A stretch of 64,000 nucleotides of DNA from an uncultured Actinomycetes bacterium (GTDB lineage: Bacteria; Actinomycetota; Actinomycetes; Nanopelagicales; Nanopelagicaceae). The notes under the pieces were generated by a model. The model was not told the DNA's origin. It searched no databases and saw only the letters and a program-made list of their open reading frames with translations. A program made the translations under genes and the position numbers. The stretch is taken from NCBI GenBank assembly GCA_964406345.1, contig CAYORK010000001.1, forward strand, positions 88,183 through 152,182, in the 5' to 3' direction. This document shows positions 1-9,401 of the stretch, piece by piece; within the stretch, counting starts at the first letter, position 1, and each line of letters opens with the position of its first letter.

Positions 1-490
1 GTCGAACTCGCTGTGTTCGATAGAAGTTCTCCATCAGTAACGACTTCTTCGAAGTTGCCCACGCCTGGAATTCCTCTTTTGGCGTGAGGAAGAGATCGTT
101 TTCGAGGAGTTTGAAACCATGGTCGATCAAGGTCCTATGGAGTCGAAAGGAGGCGGGTTCCATCGCTACCTTCGCCGCCGACGGGAAGGCGTCATTGATC
201 CCTTTGAATGCAGAGGAGAAGTCCTGAGATTTGAGATAGAGGACTTGGTACCCGGTTGCGGCGAGTTCTTGGGCGAAGTGACGTGCTGATGAGACCAAGA
301 AGAAGAGCCTTTGGATATGCCAACGCCTACCTCTTAGATTCGCATCACTCTCTACGAAGAGGATGAGTTCAGTGGCCTTATCGATCGAATCGAGGATCTT
401 GGATTGAAGACCCAGCTGGTCAAAGGCGATGAATCGCACCGCCGAGATCTTCCCACCACCTTCAAAGGGAAGACTCTCCTGTAACGCCAT
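1..490 (-). CDS. Cryptochrome/photolyase-family protein, FeS-BCP / (6-4) photolyase PhrB-like, N-terminal part (3' end runs off the window)
   Basis: Absent from the ORF track because it has no in-window stop. Reverse translation from the ATG at 490 gives MALQESLPFEGGGKISAVRFIAFDQLG...HIQRLFFLVSSARHFAQELAATGYQV...FLTPKEEFQAWATSKKSLLMENFYRTQR. These blocks match recalled blocks of Agrobacterium PhrB (AFIFSAMRHFAEELRGEGYRV; RKSLTMEYFYREMR). Confidence 0.7.
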   Translation of the reverse strand, partial: MALQESLPFEGGGKISAVRFIAFDQLGLQSKILDSIDKATELILFVESDANLRGRRWHIQRLFFLVSSARHFAQELAATGYQVLYLKSQDFSSAFKGINDAFPSAAKVAMEPASFRLHRTLIDHGFKLLENDLFLTPKEEFQAWATSKKSLLMENFYRTQRVR

Positions 491-587
491 GACCCTAACG
501 CTAGACTGAGCCAGTCAATGATGACCACTTGAATGCGCTTATCGAGCCTGTCCCGTCGATAGCGCGTTACCGAAAGAGATTATCGAT

Positions 588-1613
588 ATGAAGTTTGGTG
601 TCCTAACTGGTGGCGGAGATTGCCCTGGTCTCAATGCTGTGATTCGAGCCGTCGTCCGTAAGGGCGAGAAGGAGTATGGCTACGAGTTCGTGGGATTTCG
701 TGATGGTTGGAAGGGTCCCCTTGAGGGATTGACCATGCCTCTCGACATCAAGGCGACGCGGGGAATCCTCCCGCGAGGAGGCACGATCCTGGGCTCTTCT
801 CGAACCAATCCATTCAAGATCGATGGCGGAGTTGAGAGGATCCAGAAGAATCTTGCTTCACATGGAGTCGACGCTCTGATCGCGATCGGTGGCGAGGACA
901 CTCTAGGCGTCGCGACCAAACTGGACTCACTCGGCGTAAAGGTCATCGGTGTCCCGAAGACAATTGATAACGATCTCAACAACACCGATTACACCTTTGG
1001 ATTCGATACCGCCGTCAACATCGCCGTGGAAGCAATCGATCGTCTTCACACGACCGCCGAGTCGCATCATCGCGCGCTCATCGTGGAAGTGATGGGTCGT
1101 CACGCTGGTTGGATCGCACTTCATTCTGGTCTTGCAGGTGGCGCTTCGTGCATCCTCATCCCAGAGGTCCCATTCGATCTGGAGCGTGTCTGTTCTTATG
1201 TGGAATCTCGTTTCACGCAGTCCTATGCGCCCATCATCGTCGTCGCAGAGGGTGCTCTTCCGAAGGATGGCGATATCGTCACTAAGGATGCGAGCAAGGA
1301 CGCTTTCGGTCACGTAAAGCTCTCTGGTATCGGGGAGTGGCTGGCACGCGAGATCGAGTCGCGAACAGGCAAAGAGGCTCGCACCTCAGTGCTCGGTCAC
1401 ATTCAACGTGGCGGTACGCCGACTGCATTTGATCGCGTCCTCGCGACGAGATTCGGACTCCATGCGATCACCGCAGCACATGAGGGGGATTGGGGCAAGA
1501 TGGTGGCGCTCCATGGGACCGACATCAAGCGAGTCCCGTTGGCGTCGGCGACAACGCAGCTAAAGACCGTCGATCCAGCGCTCTACAGCGAAGCCGAAAT
1601 CTTCTTCGGCTGA
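588..1613 (+). CDS. pfkA: 6-phosphofructokinase, actinobacterial ATP/PPi-dependent PfkA group
   Basis: 341-aa ORF with GGGDCPGLNAV, GGEDT, PKTIDNDL and MGRHAGW motifs. The phosphoryl donor cannot be assigned from sequence alone. Confidence 0.9.
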   Translation: MKFGVLTGGGDCPGLNAVIRAVVRKGEKEYGYEFVGFRDGWKGPLEGLTMPLDIKATRGILPRGGTILGSSRTNPFKIDGGVERIQKNLASHGVDALIAIGGEDTLGVATKLDSLGVKVIGVPKTIDNDLNNTDYTFGFDTAVNIAVEAIDRLHTTAESHHRALIVEVMGRHAGWIALHSGLAGGASCILIPEVPFDLERVCSYVESRFTQSYAPIIVVAEGALPKDGDIVTKDASKDAFGHVKLSGIGEWLAREIESRTGKEARTSVLGHIQRGGTPTAFDRVLATRFGLHAITAAHEGDWGKMVALHGTDIKRVPLASATTQLKTVDPALYSEAEIFFG

Positions 1614-1636
1614 TCGATCGATTCTCCTAGGCTTGC

Positions 1637-2974
1637 GTGATGGTGGACTTGGATCGACTCTTCGACCGCTCACTTCTGGCTGCGCAACAGCCAGAGTGGC
1701 CGGACCGTGCGCAACTTGCGAGAGTGGAAGCAGATCTTCGCAAACTGCCGCCATTGGTCTTCGCAGGCGAAGCGGACGCGCTCAAGTCTCGCATCGCGTT
1801 GGCGCAGGAGGGCAAGGCATTCTGGTTGCAGGGCGGTGATTGTGCCGAAACCTTCGAGGCAGCCACAGCAGACTCCATCCGAAATCGAATCAAGACCATC
1901 CTGCAGATGGCTGCAGTATTGCAATATGGCGCGAGCATGCCTGTCATCAAGGTGGGAAGGATGGCTGGCCAATTCGCCAAGCCGCGAAGCCGGGACGATG
2001 AGCGACGAGGGGACATCTCGCTACCTGCTTACCGAGGTGATGCCGTCAATGACCTTGAGTTCACCGAAGAGGCGAGGCGACCGGATCCAGAGAGATTGCT
2101 TCGCGTCTATCACACCTCATCTGCGACCCTCAATCTCGTTCGCGCATTCACTCATGGCGGATTCGCCGATCTGAGAAAGGTCCATGAGTGGAACAAAGGA
2201 TTCATCAAGGACTCCAAGATCGGACCGCGCTATGAGGCGATGGCCAAGGAGATCGGTCGAGCACTCGACTTCATGAAGTCGGCTGGCATCGAACATGACG
2301 CTATCAAGACGGTTGACTTCTACGCTTCGCACGAGGCATTGATACTGCCGTATGAATTCGCACTGACGCGCATCGATTCACGGAGCGATCTGCCATATGC
2401 GGTCTCTGCGCACTTCCTTTGGATCGGTGAGCGGACTCGCCAGATCGATGGTGCTCACATCGACTTCGCATCCAAGGTGCAGAACCCAGTTGGCGTGAAG
2501 CTGGGACCGAAGACCACGGCAAGTGAGGTCGAGGCGTTGATTACGAAGTTGAACCCGGAGAATGAGGCTGGTCGACTCACCTTCATCACCCGAATGGGCG
2601 CCTCCAGCATCCGTGAAGCGTTGCCGCCACTTGTGCGCCGTGTTGAGGAGATCGGCGCGAAAGTGCTTTGGGTCTCGGACCCGATGCACGGAAATACCTA
2701 TGAAGCCCCCTCCGGATACAAGACGCGACGCTTTGAGGATGTGATCGAAGAGGTACATGGATTCTTCGAAGTCCATCGAACCATCGGCACCCATCCCGGT
2801 GGAATCCATATTGAACTCACGGGAGACGATGTCACTGAATGTGTCGGTGGTGGCGAGGAAATCTCACATGAGGACCTGTCCACGCGTTATGAGAGTGCCT
2901 GCGATCCGCGCCTGAATCACACTCAGAGTTTGGAGTTGGCATTCCTGCTCGCTGGCGAACTCAGCGAACGATGA
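1637..2974 (+). CDS. aroG: 3-deoxy-7-phosphoheptulonate (DAHP) synthase, class II
   Basis: 445 aa with a GTG start. Class II blocks LQGGDCAETF, FAKPRS and DPMHGNT are present. Same backbone position as the mycobacterial aroG. Confidence 0.9.
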   Translation: MMVDLDRLFDRSLLAAQQPEWPDRAQLARVEADLRKLPPLVFAGEADALKSRIALAQEGKAFWLQGGDCAETFEAATADSIRNRIKTILQMAAVLQYGASMPVIKVGRMAGQFAKPRSRDDERRGDISLPAYRGDAVNDLEFTEEARRPDPERLLRVYHTSSATLNLVRAFTHGGFADLRKVHEWNKGFIKDSKIGPRYEAMAKEIGRALDFMKSAGIEHDAIKTVDFYASHEALILPYEFALTRIDSRSDLPYAVSAHFLWIGERTRQIDGAHIDFASKVQNPVGVKLGPKTTASEVEALITKLNPENEAGRLTFITRMGASSIREALPPLVRRVEEIGAKVLWVSDPMHGNTYEAPSGYKTRRFEDVIEEVHGFFEVHRTIGTHPGGIHIELTGDDVTECVGGGEEISHEDLSTRYESACDPRLNHTQSLELAFLLAGELSER

Positions 2975-3447
2975 CTCTGCTCACGAGCAGTGTCGCAACA
3001 CCCGTTGGACCGTTCTCTTTCACCACTCGTGATGGCAAAGTCATCGAAGCAACCTTCGGCTCTACGAGGAAGTTGCATGCGAAAGGTCGAATCGTGAAGA
3101 CGATCCCAGTCATCACATCAGCTCTTCGCGCCTATTGCCACGGAGAACTTGATGCCTTGGAGAGGATTCCGGTGGAACTCTCTGAGACTGAATTTCGCAC
3201 TCGTGTGCTTCGCGCAATGAGAAGGATTCCTGCCGGCACGACCATGAGCTACAAGGAGTTGGCGCGGAGATCGGGATCGAAGGATGCAAGTCGCGCCGTC
3301 GGCAGTACCTGCGCCAGCAATCGAATCCCTCTGATCATCCCATGTCATCGAGTCGTACCTAGTGATGGTTCGATCGGTGCTTACGGTTATAGTTCGAAGA
3401 AGAAAGAGTGGCTACTGCAGTTCGAAGGCGCTATCCCGCACTCTTGA
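2971..3447 (+). CDS. ogt: Methylated-DNA--protein-cysteine methyltransferase
   Basis: 158 aa with the IPCHRV active-site motif. The start overlaps the aroG stop (ATGA). Confidence 0.85.
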   Translation: MTLLTSSVATPVGPFSFTTRDGKVIEATFGSTRKLHAKGRIVKTIPVITSALRAYCHGELDALERIPVELSETEFRTRVLRAMRRIPAGTTMSYKELARRSGSKDASRAVGSTCASNRIPLIIPCHRVVPSDGSIGAYGYSSKKKEWLLQFEGAIPHS

Positions 3448-4471
3448 GGGCGCCTTGAATGACCTTCGCTGCTTGATCGATCTCATCACTTGAAAGATCG
3501 CCATGTGTGACGAGACGAAGATACTTCGCCCCTAATGCTCCAGCCAAGACTCCATTTGCGCGAAGGGTCTCAGCGAGTTCCGCGGCGGTGACGGTGAGCG
3601 GAGAGAGGTCGATGCCGACGATGTTGGTCTGCACAGTCTCCATGTCGATCAGTCGTTCGTCGACGTGTGCGATTCCTTCCGCGAGAACTTTCGCGTGACG
3701 ATGATCCACTTCTAGTCGCCCAAGGTGATGGTCGAAAGCGAACTCTGCAGCAGCCGCCAAGAGGCCCACCTGGCGCATCCCACCTCCGAAGCGCTTTCTC
3801 CAGATACGAGCCGTTGCGATCCTTTCCTTCGAGGAGATCAGCATCGATCCGATTGGCGCTCCCAGGCCCTTGGAGAAGCAGACGCTGATCGTTTCGAAGT
3901 AGCGTCCATACTCCTTGAACTCGATACCGGTAGCGATGTGTGCATTCCAGATTCGAGCGCCATCGAGATGGAGCAAGATTCCAGATGAGCTTGCGAGGCG
4001 ATGCAGCTTGGCGATCTCATCGAGGGGCTGGATCACGCCACCTCCGAAGTTGTGGGTGTTCTCCACAGCGATAGCAGTGGTGGAGACCAGGTAGGGGCCG
4101 GCATCTGAAGTTGCCACTGCGAAGGCGCTCTCAGCATCGAGGATCGATCTCTTACTGGCAAAGGTGCGGGTGGTTATCCCACTGAGTACCGCGGCAGCTC
4201 CGAGTTCTGCTCTGACGACATGAGCCTTCTCGTCGGCGAGAAGTTCTTCACCTTCGCGCACCAAGGTGCGAAGTGCCAGTTGGTTGGCGAGTGAGCCAGT
4301 TGAGGTGAAGAGTCCGGCCTCTTTACCGAAGAGTGTTGCCATCCGGGACTCGAAGGCATTGACGGTTTCGTCGTCGCCGTAGACATCGTCACCGACTCTC
4401 GCCCGACTCATCGCCGCCAACATCTCTGGAGTTGGCCTGGTTACGGTGTCAGAGCGAAGGTCAATGAGCAT
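3431..4471 (-). CDS. ltaE: Low-specificity L-threonine aldolase (PLP-dependent)
   Basis: 346 aa. The N-terminus DLRSDTVTRPTPEM...GDDVYGDD is typical of the family. The 3' end overlaps the ogt 3' end by 17 nt (convergent). Confidence 0.85.
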   Translation of the reverse strand: MLIDLRSDTVTRPTPEMLAAMSRARVGDDVYGDDETVNAFESRMATLFGKEAGLFTSTGSLANQLALRTLVREGEELLADEKAHVVRAELGAAAVLSGITTRTFASKRSILDAESAFAVATSDAGPYLVSTTAIAVENTHNFGGGVIQPLDEIAKLHRLASSSGILLHLDGARIWNAHIATGIEFKEYGRYFETISVCFSKGLGAPIGSMLISSKERIATARIWRKRFGGGMRQVGLLAAAAEFAFDHHLGRLEVDHRHAKVLAEGIAHVDERLIDMETVQTNIVGIDLSPLTVTAAELAETLRANGVLAGALGAKYLRLVTHGDLSSDEIDQAAKVIQGALKSAG

Positions 4472-5354
4472 CTTTTGCCGCTCTTGCGACTGGATCCTCA
4501 GATCTATCGGTCAAGAGGATGAGATACATACCGATTGTCACGAGTACTCCACCAAGTATCACTCGAAGGGTAAGAACCTCGGTACCGCTTGCGACAGAGA
4601 AGATGGCGGCGAAGAAGACCTCGGTGGTCAAGAGCACGGCTACTGTCGTTGCTGCGATGATCGATTGCGCCCATGTTTGCACGATGAAAGCAAGAACGGT
4701 GGCGAAGAGCGCTGTGAAGAGCACGACGTACCAGCCATTGCTACCTACGGGCCCGCTGATGCCATCGGGTAGGGCGGCAATCGTGGTGAGGATCGCGCAT
4801 GTCGCGAGCTGCATCGTGGTCAAGGAGTAGATGTCGAACTCCTTGCTCCAAGCCCCCAAGGTGATGATGTGGGCAGCGAAGAAGATCGCGCTGATGAAGA
4901 CGGCGATGGCTCCCCAGGAGATCTCGAAACCATTGAATGAGAGGACGAGGAGTCCACTTGTCGCGAGCATGACTGCTATCCACCCGATCATCCGAACTTT
5001 CGATCGAAGGAAGAAGATGGCGAAGATGGGAGTGATCACGACATAAAGGCCAGTGATGAATCCGGTGATTGCAGGAGTCGTGAGAGATAGTCCGAGTGTT
5101 TGGAAGATGTATCCGAGTGCGAGGAAAGTGCCCGCGATCCCACCCTTGGTGATCAGGTTCTTGGAGAGGCTCGCAATGACCCGTGGTCGGATAGCGACAA
5201 GGAAGAGCGTGGCAAAGAGGAAGCGAAACGATAGGAAGTCATTGATGCCTTGTCGCTCGATCGGATCCACCATGAGGACGAAGGCCAGACCCCACATAGC
5301 CGCGACAGTGATCAGCGCAAGAGGAGCCAATGGTTTGAATCGGATGGAACTCAT
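4461..5354 (-). CDS. EamA/DMT-family transporter
   Basis: 297 aa, about 10 hydrophobic helices, two-repeat EamA-like architecture. Confidence 0.75.
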   Translation of the reverse strand: MSSIRFKPLAPLALITVAAMWGLAFVLMVDPIERQGINDFLSFRFLFATLFLVAIRPRVIASLSKNLITKGGIAGTFLALGYIFQTLGLSLTTPAITGFITGLYVVITPIFAIFFLRSKVRMIGWIAVMLATSGLLVLSFNGFEISWGAIAVFISAIFFAAHIITLGAWSKEFDIYSLTTMQLATCAILTTIAALPDGISGPVGSNGWYVVLFTALFATVLAFIVQTWAQSIIAATTVAVLLTTEVFFAAIFSVASGTEVLTLRVILGGVLVTIGMYLILLTDRSEDPVARAAKDAH

Positions 5355-6247
5355 TTCGCCACCGCACCCCTCATCTTCTTCAGAAGTTTTACTTCACGCC
5401 CGTGTTCTGGTTCCTCTCCCGGTGTCTCCAGTATGAGCGGAGCATTCTTGATCGCTGGGTGAGCGAGCATCTCCTTGAACGGATCGACACCGATCTCGCC
5501 ATCACCGAGATTCTGATGACGATCCTTGAGCGAACCCAAGACATCCATGGAGTCGTTGGCATGGACGAGTTGAACCCTCTCGATCCCTACGATCTCCACC
5601 AAGAGGTCCAACGTTGCCTTCATTCCGCCTCTGCTCTTGATGTCATGACCCGCTGCGAAGACGTGACAAGTATCGAGACAGATTCCCACCTTTGGATGAT
5701 GTTCGAGCGCATTGAGATAGGAATTGAGATCCTCGAGGCGTTTGACCAGAGACTGACCTTGACCAGCTGTGGGTTCGAGCAAGAACCACGGGTCATCCTC
5801 TTTGAGGCTTTCGAGTATCGGTAACATCCCTTTGGTGATCTGTCGCCACGCAGACTCCACGAAAGACTCATCGACGGCTGAGCCGGTGTGGACGACTACG
5901 CCGAGTGCACCGATCTCGCGACCGCGTCGAAGGGCATAGGCAGTCGACTTGAGAGAGTTCTCGTAGGTAGATGGGTTAGGCGAACCGAGATTTACCAGGA
6001 AAGGCGAGTGGATGTACGTCTCTATGCCAAGTGCGTCAGCTTTCTCACGAAAGGCGGCATCCGCCTTGGGATCAGGATCTGGCATCGCCCAACCCCGAGG
6101 GTTCGAAGCGAACACTTGGATTGCCTCAGCCTCGATCGTCTCTGCATATTGAATCGATCGCTTCGCCATCCCACCCGAAGTAGGGACATGCGCGCCTATG
6201 CGTGGACGTAGAAGGTTCACACCTTCTACCTGCTTGGAGCGCGGCAC
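5351..6247 (-). CDS. nfo: Deoxyribonuclease IV (endonuclease IV, AP endonuclease family 2)
   Basis: 298 aa with blocks IGAHV, VFASNPRGW, IHSPFLVNL, VVVHTGS, LLEPTAGQG, CLDTCHVFAAGHD and LVHANDS. Confidence 0.9.
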   Translation of the reverse strand: MPRSKQVEGVNLLRPRIGAHVPTSGGMAKRSIQYAETIEAEAIQVFASNPRGWAMPDPDPKADAAFREKADALGIETYIHSPFLVNLGSPNPSTYENSLKSTAYALRRGREIGALGVVVHTGSAVDESFVESAWRQITKGMLPILESLKEDDPWFLLEPTAGQGQSLVKRLEDLNSYLNALEHHPKVGICLDTCHVFAAGHDIKSRGGMKATLDLLVEIVGIERVQLVHANDSMDVLGSLKDRHQNLGDGEIGVDPFKEMLAHPAIKNAPLILETPGEEPEHGREVKLLKKMRGAVAK

Positions 6248-6278
6248 ATTGCGAGTCTAACGGAAGGGATATCTCCTA

Positions 6279-8186
6279 CTAACTCAGAGTGATCGTCACG
6301 GTGCTGCCACGCTTGACGCGGTCTCCGACCTTGGGGGAGACATTGGTGACAACCTTGTTCTCTCGCCTGCCAATCGTCTTCGTTTCCACGTTCAATCCGA
6401 GATCGGAGAGAAGTCTCTTGGCTTCGGCGCCCTTAAGAGAGAGGACATTAGGGATGAAGACATACTCCGTTCCCTCTGAGACGGTGAGAACTATCGCGCT
6501 TCCTTTCGGGAGCGGTTGGTCAGCTGCTGGAACTTGCACGATCACAGCACCGAGTGGAACTGTCTCCGAGTATTGATACTGCACGTCGACGTCGAAACCT
6601 GCAGCATTGAGTTCGTTGAGCGCCTGTTCTCCGGACTGACCGACATAACTCTTGACCAGGACCTCCTCGGTGCCTTTGCTGATCACATAATTGACGAGAG
6701 AGTTTCGCTTGACCCGAGCGGAGGCAGTCGGTTCCTGACTCGCGATCAATCCTTTCTCGACATCAGGACTGAATCTCTCGCTCACAGTGCCAACCTGGAG
6801 GTTGCTATCTTCAATCAATTTCTTTGCAGCCTCTGGGGTCAGACCTGCGATGGAAGGAACGGTGTAGCGCTCCTTGCCCTGACTCACGATCAGGTTGACG
6901 GTGCCACCCTCGGACACTCGGCCTCCACCGGCTGGATCACTGCGAAGCACGAGACCCTCTTCGATCACCTCACTGAACTCACGTTCCCCGATCTCGACGG
7001 AGAGCCCTAACGGAGTGAGTCTGTTGGTCGCTTCAACGATGCTCATGCCAGCAACGGAGGGAACGACGACTCGATTGCCCGGTCCAATGAGGAGATACCA
7101 GGCGCCAGTCACGAGAGCGACAAGCATGAGGGCGGCGATGGTGCGATTTCTCTTCACTCGCTTCGAGAGTTTCCGCTTCTTTGGCTTGCTCACCTGATCC
7201 TCATCTCGCATCACTTTGGAATGTTCATTAGCTCTGTTATTAGACGGATTCTCTTCCGCTCGCTTCGGAGAGAGTTCGCTCTTCGCGGCAGGTGGAAGGT
7301 CCAACTCTAGGCTCATCTGTGCACTGCTCTTCGCAGATGGATCCCAGGTCGAAGTGACTGCACGAAGCCTTTCTAGGAATTCACCGGCATCTTTTGGACG
7401 ATCGTCAGGATTGCTCGATGTAGCGAGATAGATGAGATCGTCGAGGGCTGGATCTATTCCGACAAGCAACTGCGAGAGACGAGGAACACGTTCTTTGACG
7501 TGCTTGAGCGCCACCTGAACCGGATCTTCTCCCATGAATGGACGTTCACCCGTCAGGGCTTCGAAGATCACGATCGCTGCCGAGTAGACATCGCTTCGAG
7601 CATCGGTCACGCCGCGTTGAACCTGCTCCGGTGCGAGATAGGAGACGCTGCCAAGCACGACAGAGGCTTCGGCCGTCATCGTCTCACCGATGAGCGAGCC
7701 ACGAGCAAGCCCGAAGTCAGCGATCTTCACTCGACCATCGCGAGCGATCAGAATGTTCTCAGGCTTGATGTCTCGGTGAACGATTCCGAGTCGATGTGCC
7801 GCAGAGAGAGCGTTCAACACTGGCATCATGATCCGCAGCATTGGCTCTAACTCGATTCGACCTTGATGATCCAGATGAGAACGGAAAGTCGAGCCATCGA
7901 TCAGCTCCATGACGATGAAGACGCAGGGCGTCCCTCCCTGATTCCAGCCTTGATCCTGGATGCTGACTATGTTGGGGTGGGAGAGTGCAGCGGCGGCTTT
8001 GGCCTCTCGGATGAAGCGAGAGACGTAGTTCTCATCGTTAGCAAGATGAGGATGCATGATCTTGACGGCGACTTCGCGATCGAGTCGTAGGTCGAGCGCG
8101 GCATAGATGGTTGCCATCCCGCCAGCATCAACGATCCGAGTGAGTTGATATCGACCATCGATCACTTCACCGGTGAGATCAGCCAC
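6279..8186 (-). CDS. Ser/Thr protein kinase with four C-terminal PASTA repeats (PknB/PknL family)
   Basis: 635 aa. Hanks kinase motifs are VAVKIM, HRDIKPENIL, ADFGLA and YLAPEQ. A single TM helix (TIAALMLVALVTGAWYLLIG) is followed by four roughly 65-aa PASTA-like repeats. Confidence 0.9.
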   Translation of the reverse strand: MADLTGEVIDGRYQLTRIVDAGGMATIYAALDLRLDREVAVKIMHPHLANDENYVSRFIREAKAAAALSHPNIVSIQDQGWNQGGTPCVFIVMELIDGSTFRSHLDHQGRIELEPMLRIMMPVLNALSAAHRLGIVHRDIKPENILIARDGRVKIADFGLARGSLIGETMTAEASVVLGSVSYLAPEQVQRGVTDARSDVYSAAIVIFEALTGERPFMGEDPVQVALKHVKERVPRLSQLLVGIDPALDDLIYLATSSNPDDRPKDAGEFLERLRAVTSTWDPSAKSSAQMSLELDLPPAAKSELSPKRAEENPSNNRANEHSKVMRDEDQVSKPKKRKLSKRVKRNRTIAALMLVALVTGAWYLLIGPGNRVVVPSVAGMSIVEATNRLTPLGLSVEIGEREFSEVIEEGLVLRSDPAGGGRVSEGGTVNLIVSQGKERYTVPSIAGLTPEAAKKLIEDSNLQVGTVSERFSPDVEKGLIASQEPTASARVKRNSLVNYVISKGTEEVLVKSYVGQSGEQALNELNAAGFDVDVQYQYSETVPLGAVIVQVPAADQPLPKGSAIVLTVSEGTEYVFIPNVLSLKGAEAKRLLSDLGLNVETKTIGRRENKVVTNVSPKVGDRVKRGSTVTITLS

Positions 8187-8236
8187 GGTCGGATTTTAGG
8201 ATGGTTGAGCGTAGTGAGCCGTGTTTGCCACCCGAC

Positions 8237-8839
8237 TCAGACGAAGAGTTCGCCGTCGAAACGCAGATGCGCTGTGTCGAATGTGTTTTCGCGCGCGAAA
8301 TGGAGTAGCTCCTCACCTTGCCAAGAGAGAATGCGACCTCTGTACTGCTCCAGGTCCGTTGCGAAGACGCTATCTCGTCGCATCACTCTCTCTAGACCGC
8401 GAGACGGTGTGATCTCTATCCAGACCATCGTGGTGGCAAATGGTCTGACGATTCGCTGCGACGCTCCCACTCCCTCCAGAATGAGGAAGGGATGTCTCGG
8501 GATGGTGCGGAACTCACCCGCCATGCCCTTATGCCAATCCCAAGCGCGATAGCCACCGCTCCTCCCGAGCCCGATGGGCGTCAAGATCTGATCCCTTAGT
8601 GTTGCCGTGAGTTGCGCAGTGAGAGCGTCATCCCATCCTCGGTAGAGGTCATCCATATGCACGATGGGCGCATCATCGAGAAGCGGCGAGAGGGCATCAG
8701 CGAAGGTGCTCTTGCCACCGCCTGCCCTGCCATCGATGGTTACGACTCGGACATCACCGACAAGAGGCGAGGCCTTCGTGGCATGTTCGAGAGCGAGTGA
8801 TAACGCTTCGCTAAACGGCAGGCGATGGAGTTTGTGCAC
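8237..8839 (-). CDS. P-loop kinase of the uridine-kinase/PRK-like fold, substrate unknown
   Basis: 200 aa. Walker A is GRAGGGKST; HMDDLY and LILEGVG blocks resemble the Udk/Nrk family. The only available start is the GTG at 8839, which overlaps the pnuC 3' end by 29 nt. Confidence 0.6.
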   Translation of the reverse strand: MHKLHRLPFSEALSLALEHATKASPLVGDVRVVTIDGRAGGGKSTFADALSPLLDDAPIVHMDDLYRGWDDALTAQLTATLRDQILTPIGLGRSGGYRAWDWHKGMAGEFRTIPRHPFLILEGVGASQRIVRPFATTMVWIEITPSRGLERVMRRDSVFATDLEQYRGRILSWQGEELLHFARENTFDTAHLRFDGELFV

Positions 8840-9401
8840 GCCGATACCAACGGACCAGACCCAAGATAGCCATTCCGGTGAAGATGAGATAGACGATGGA
8901 AGTGAAGTAACTTCCGCCGAGCCAGAACTGCACCGTCAAGACCACATTGACGACTAACCAAACTAACCAGTTCTCCCACTTCTCCTTGACCATCGCGAAT
9001 TGTGCGAGAGCGCTTCCAAGAAGACCAAGAGTGTCACTCCAGATGTAGACCGCTCCGACAGATTGAAGGTAGGGGGTAAAGGCGATCCAAGCAGCTGCGA
9101 AAGCACCGAGACCGATCGCGCGATATCTCCAGGGAATGCTTGAGGGATCGGCCCCTCGCGGTCCCCAACCGAACCAACCCCAGATGGCGAATGCGATGAA
9201 GATGAACTGGGTGGCCATGCTCGCGAAATACTCGTATTGATAGAACCAGATCGCGTATAGAGAGGAACTGATCACCCACCAGGGCCACATGATGCGCTTT
9301 CCAGTGGTCCCGAGGTAGACCGCGACGAGTGCGGTGGTCGCCGCAAGACCTTCCAAGAGTGTTACGTCATATCCCCAAGCTGTGAAAAGAACTGTGTTCA
9401 T
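8811..9401 (-). CDS. pnuC: PnuC-family vitamin transporter (nicotinamide riboside transporter family; context suggests a thiamine-type PnuT)
   Basis: 196 aa, about 7 TM helices. W-rich PnuC-like blocks include PWWVISSSLYAIWFYQYEYF and IAFAIWGWFGW. Confidence 0.85.
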   Translation of the reverse strand: MNTVLFTAWGYDVTLLEGLAATTALVAVYLGTTGKRIMWPWWVISSSLYAIWFYQYEYFASMATQFIFIAFAIWGWFGWGPRGADPSSIPWRYRAIGLGAFAAAWIAFTPYLQSVGAVYIWSDTLGLLGSALAQFAMVKEKWENWLVWLVVNVVLTVQFWLGGSYFTSIVYLIFTGMAILGLVRWYRRAQTPSPAV

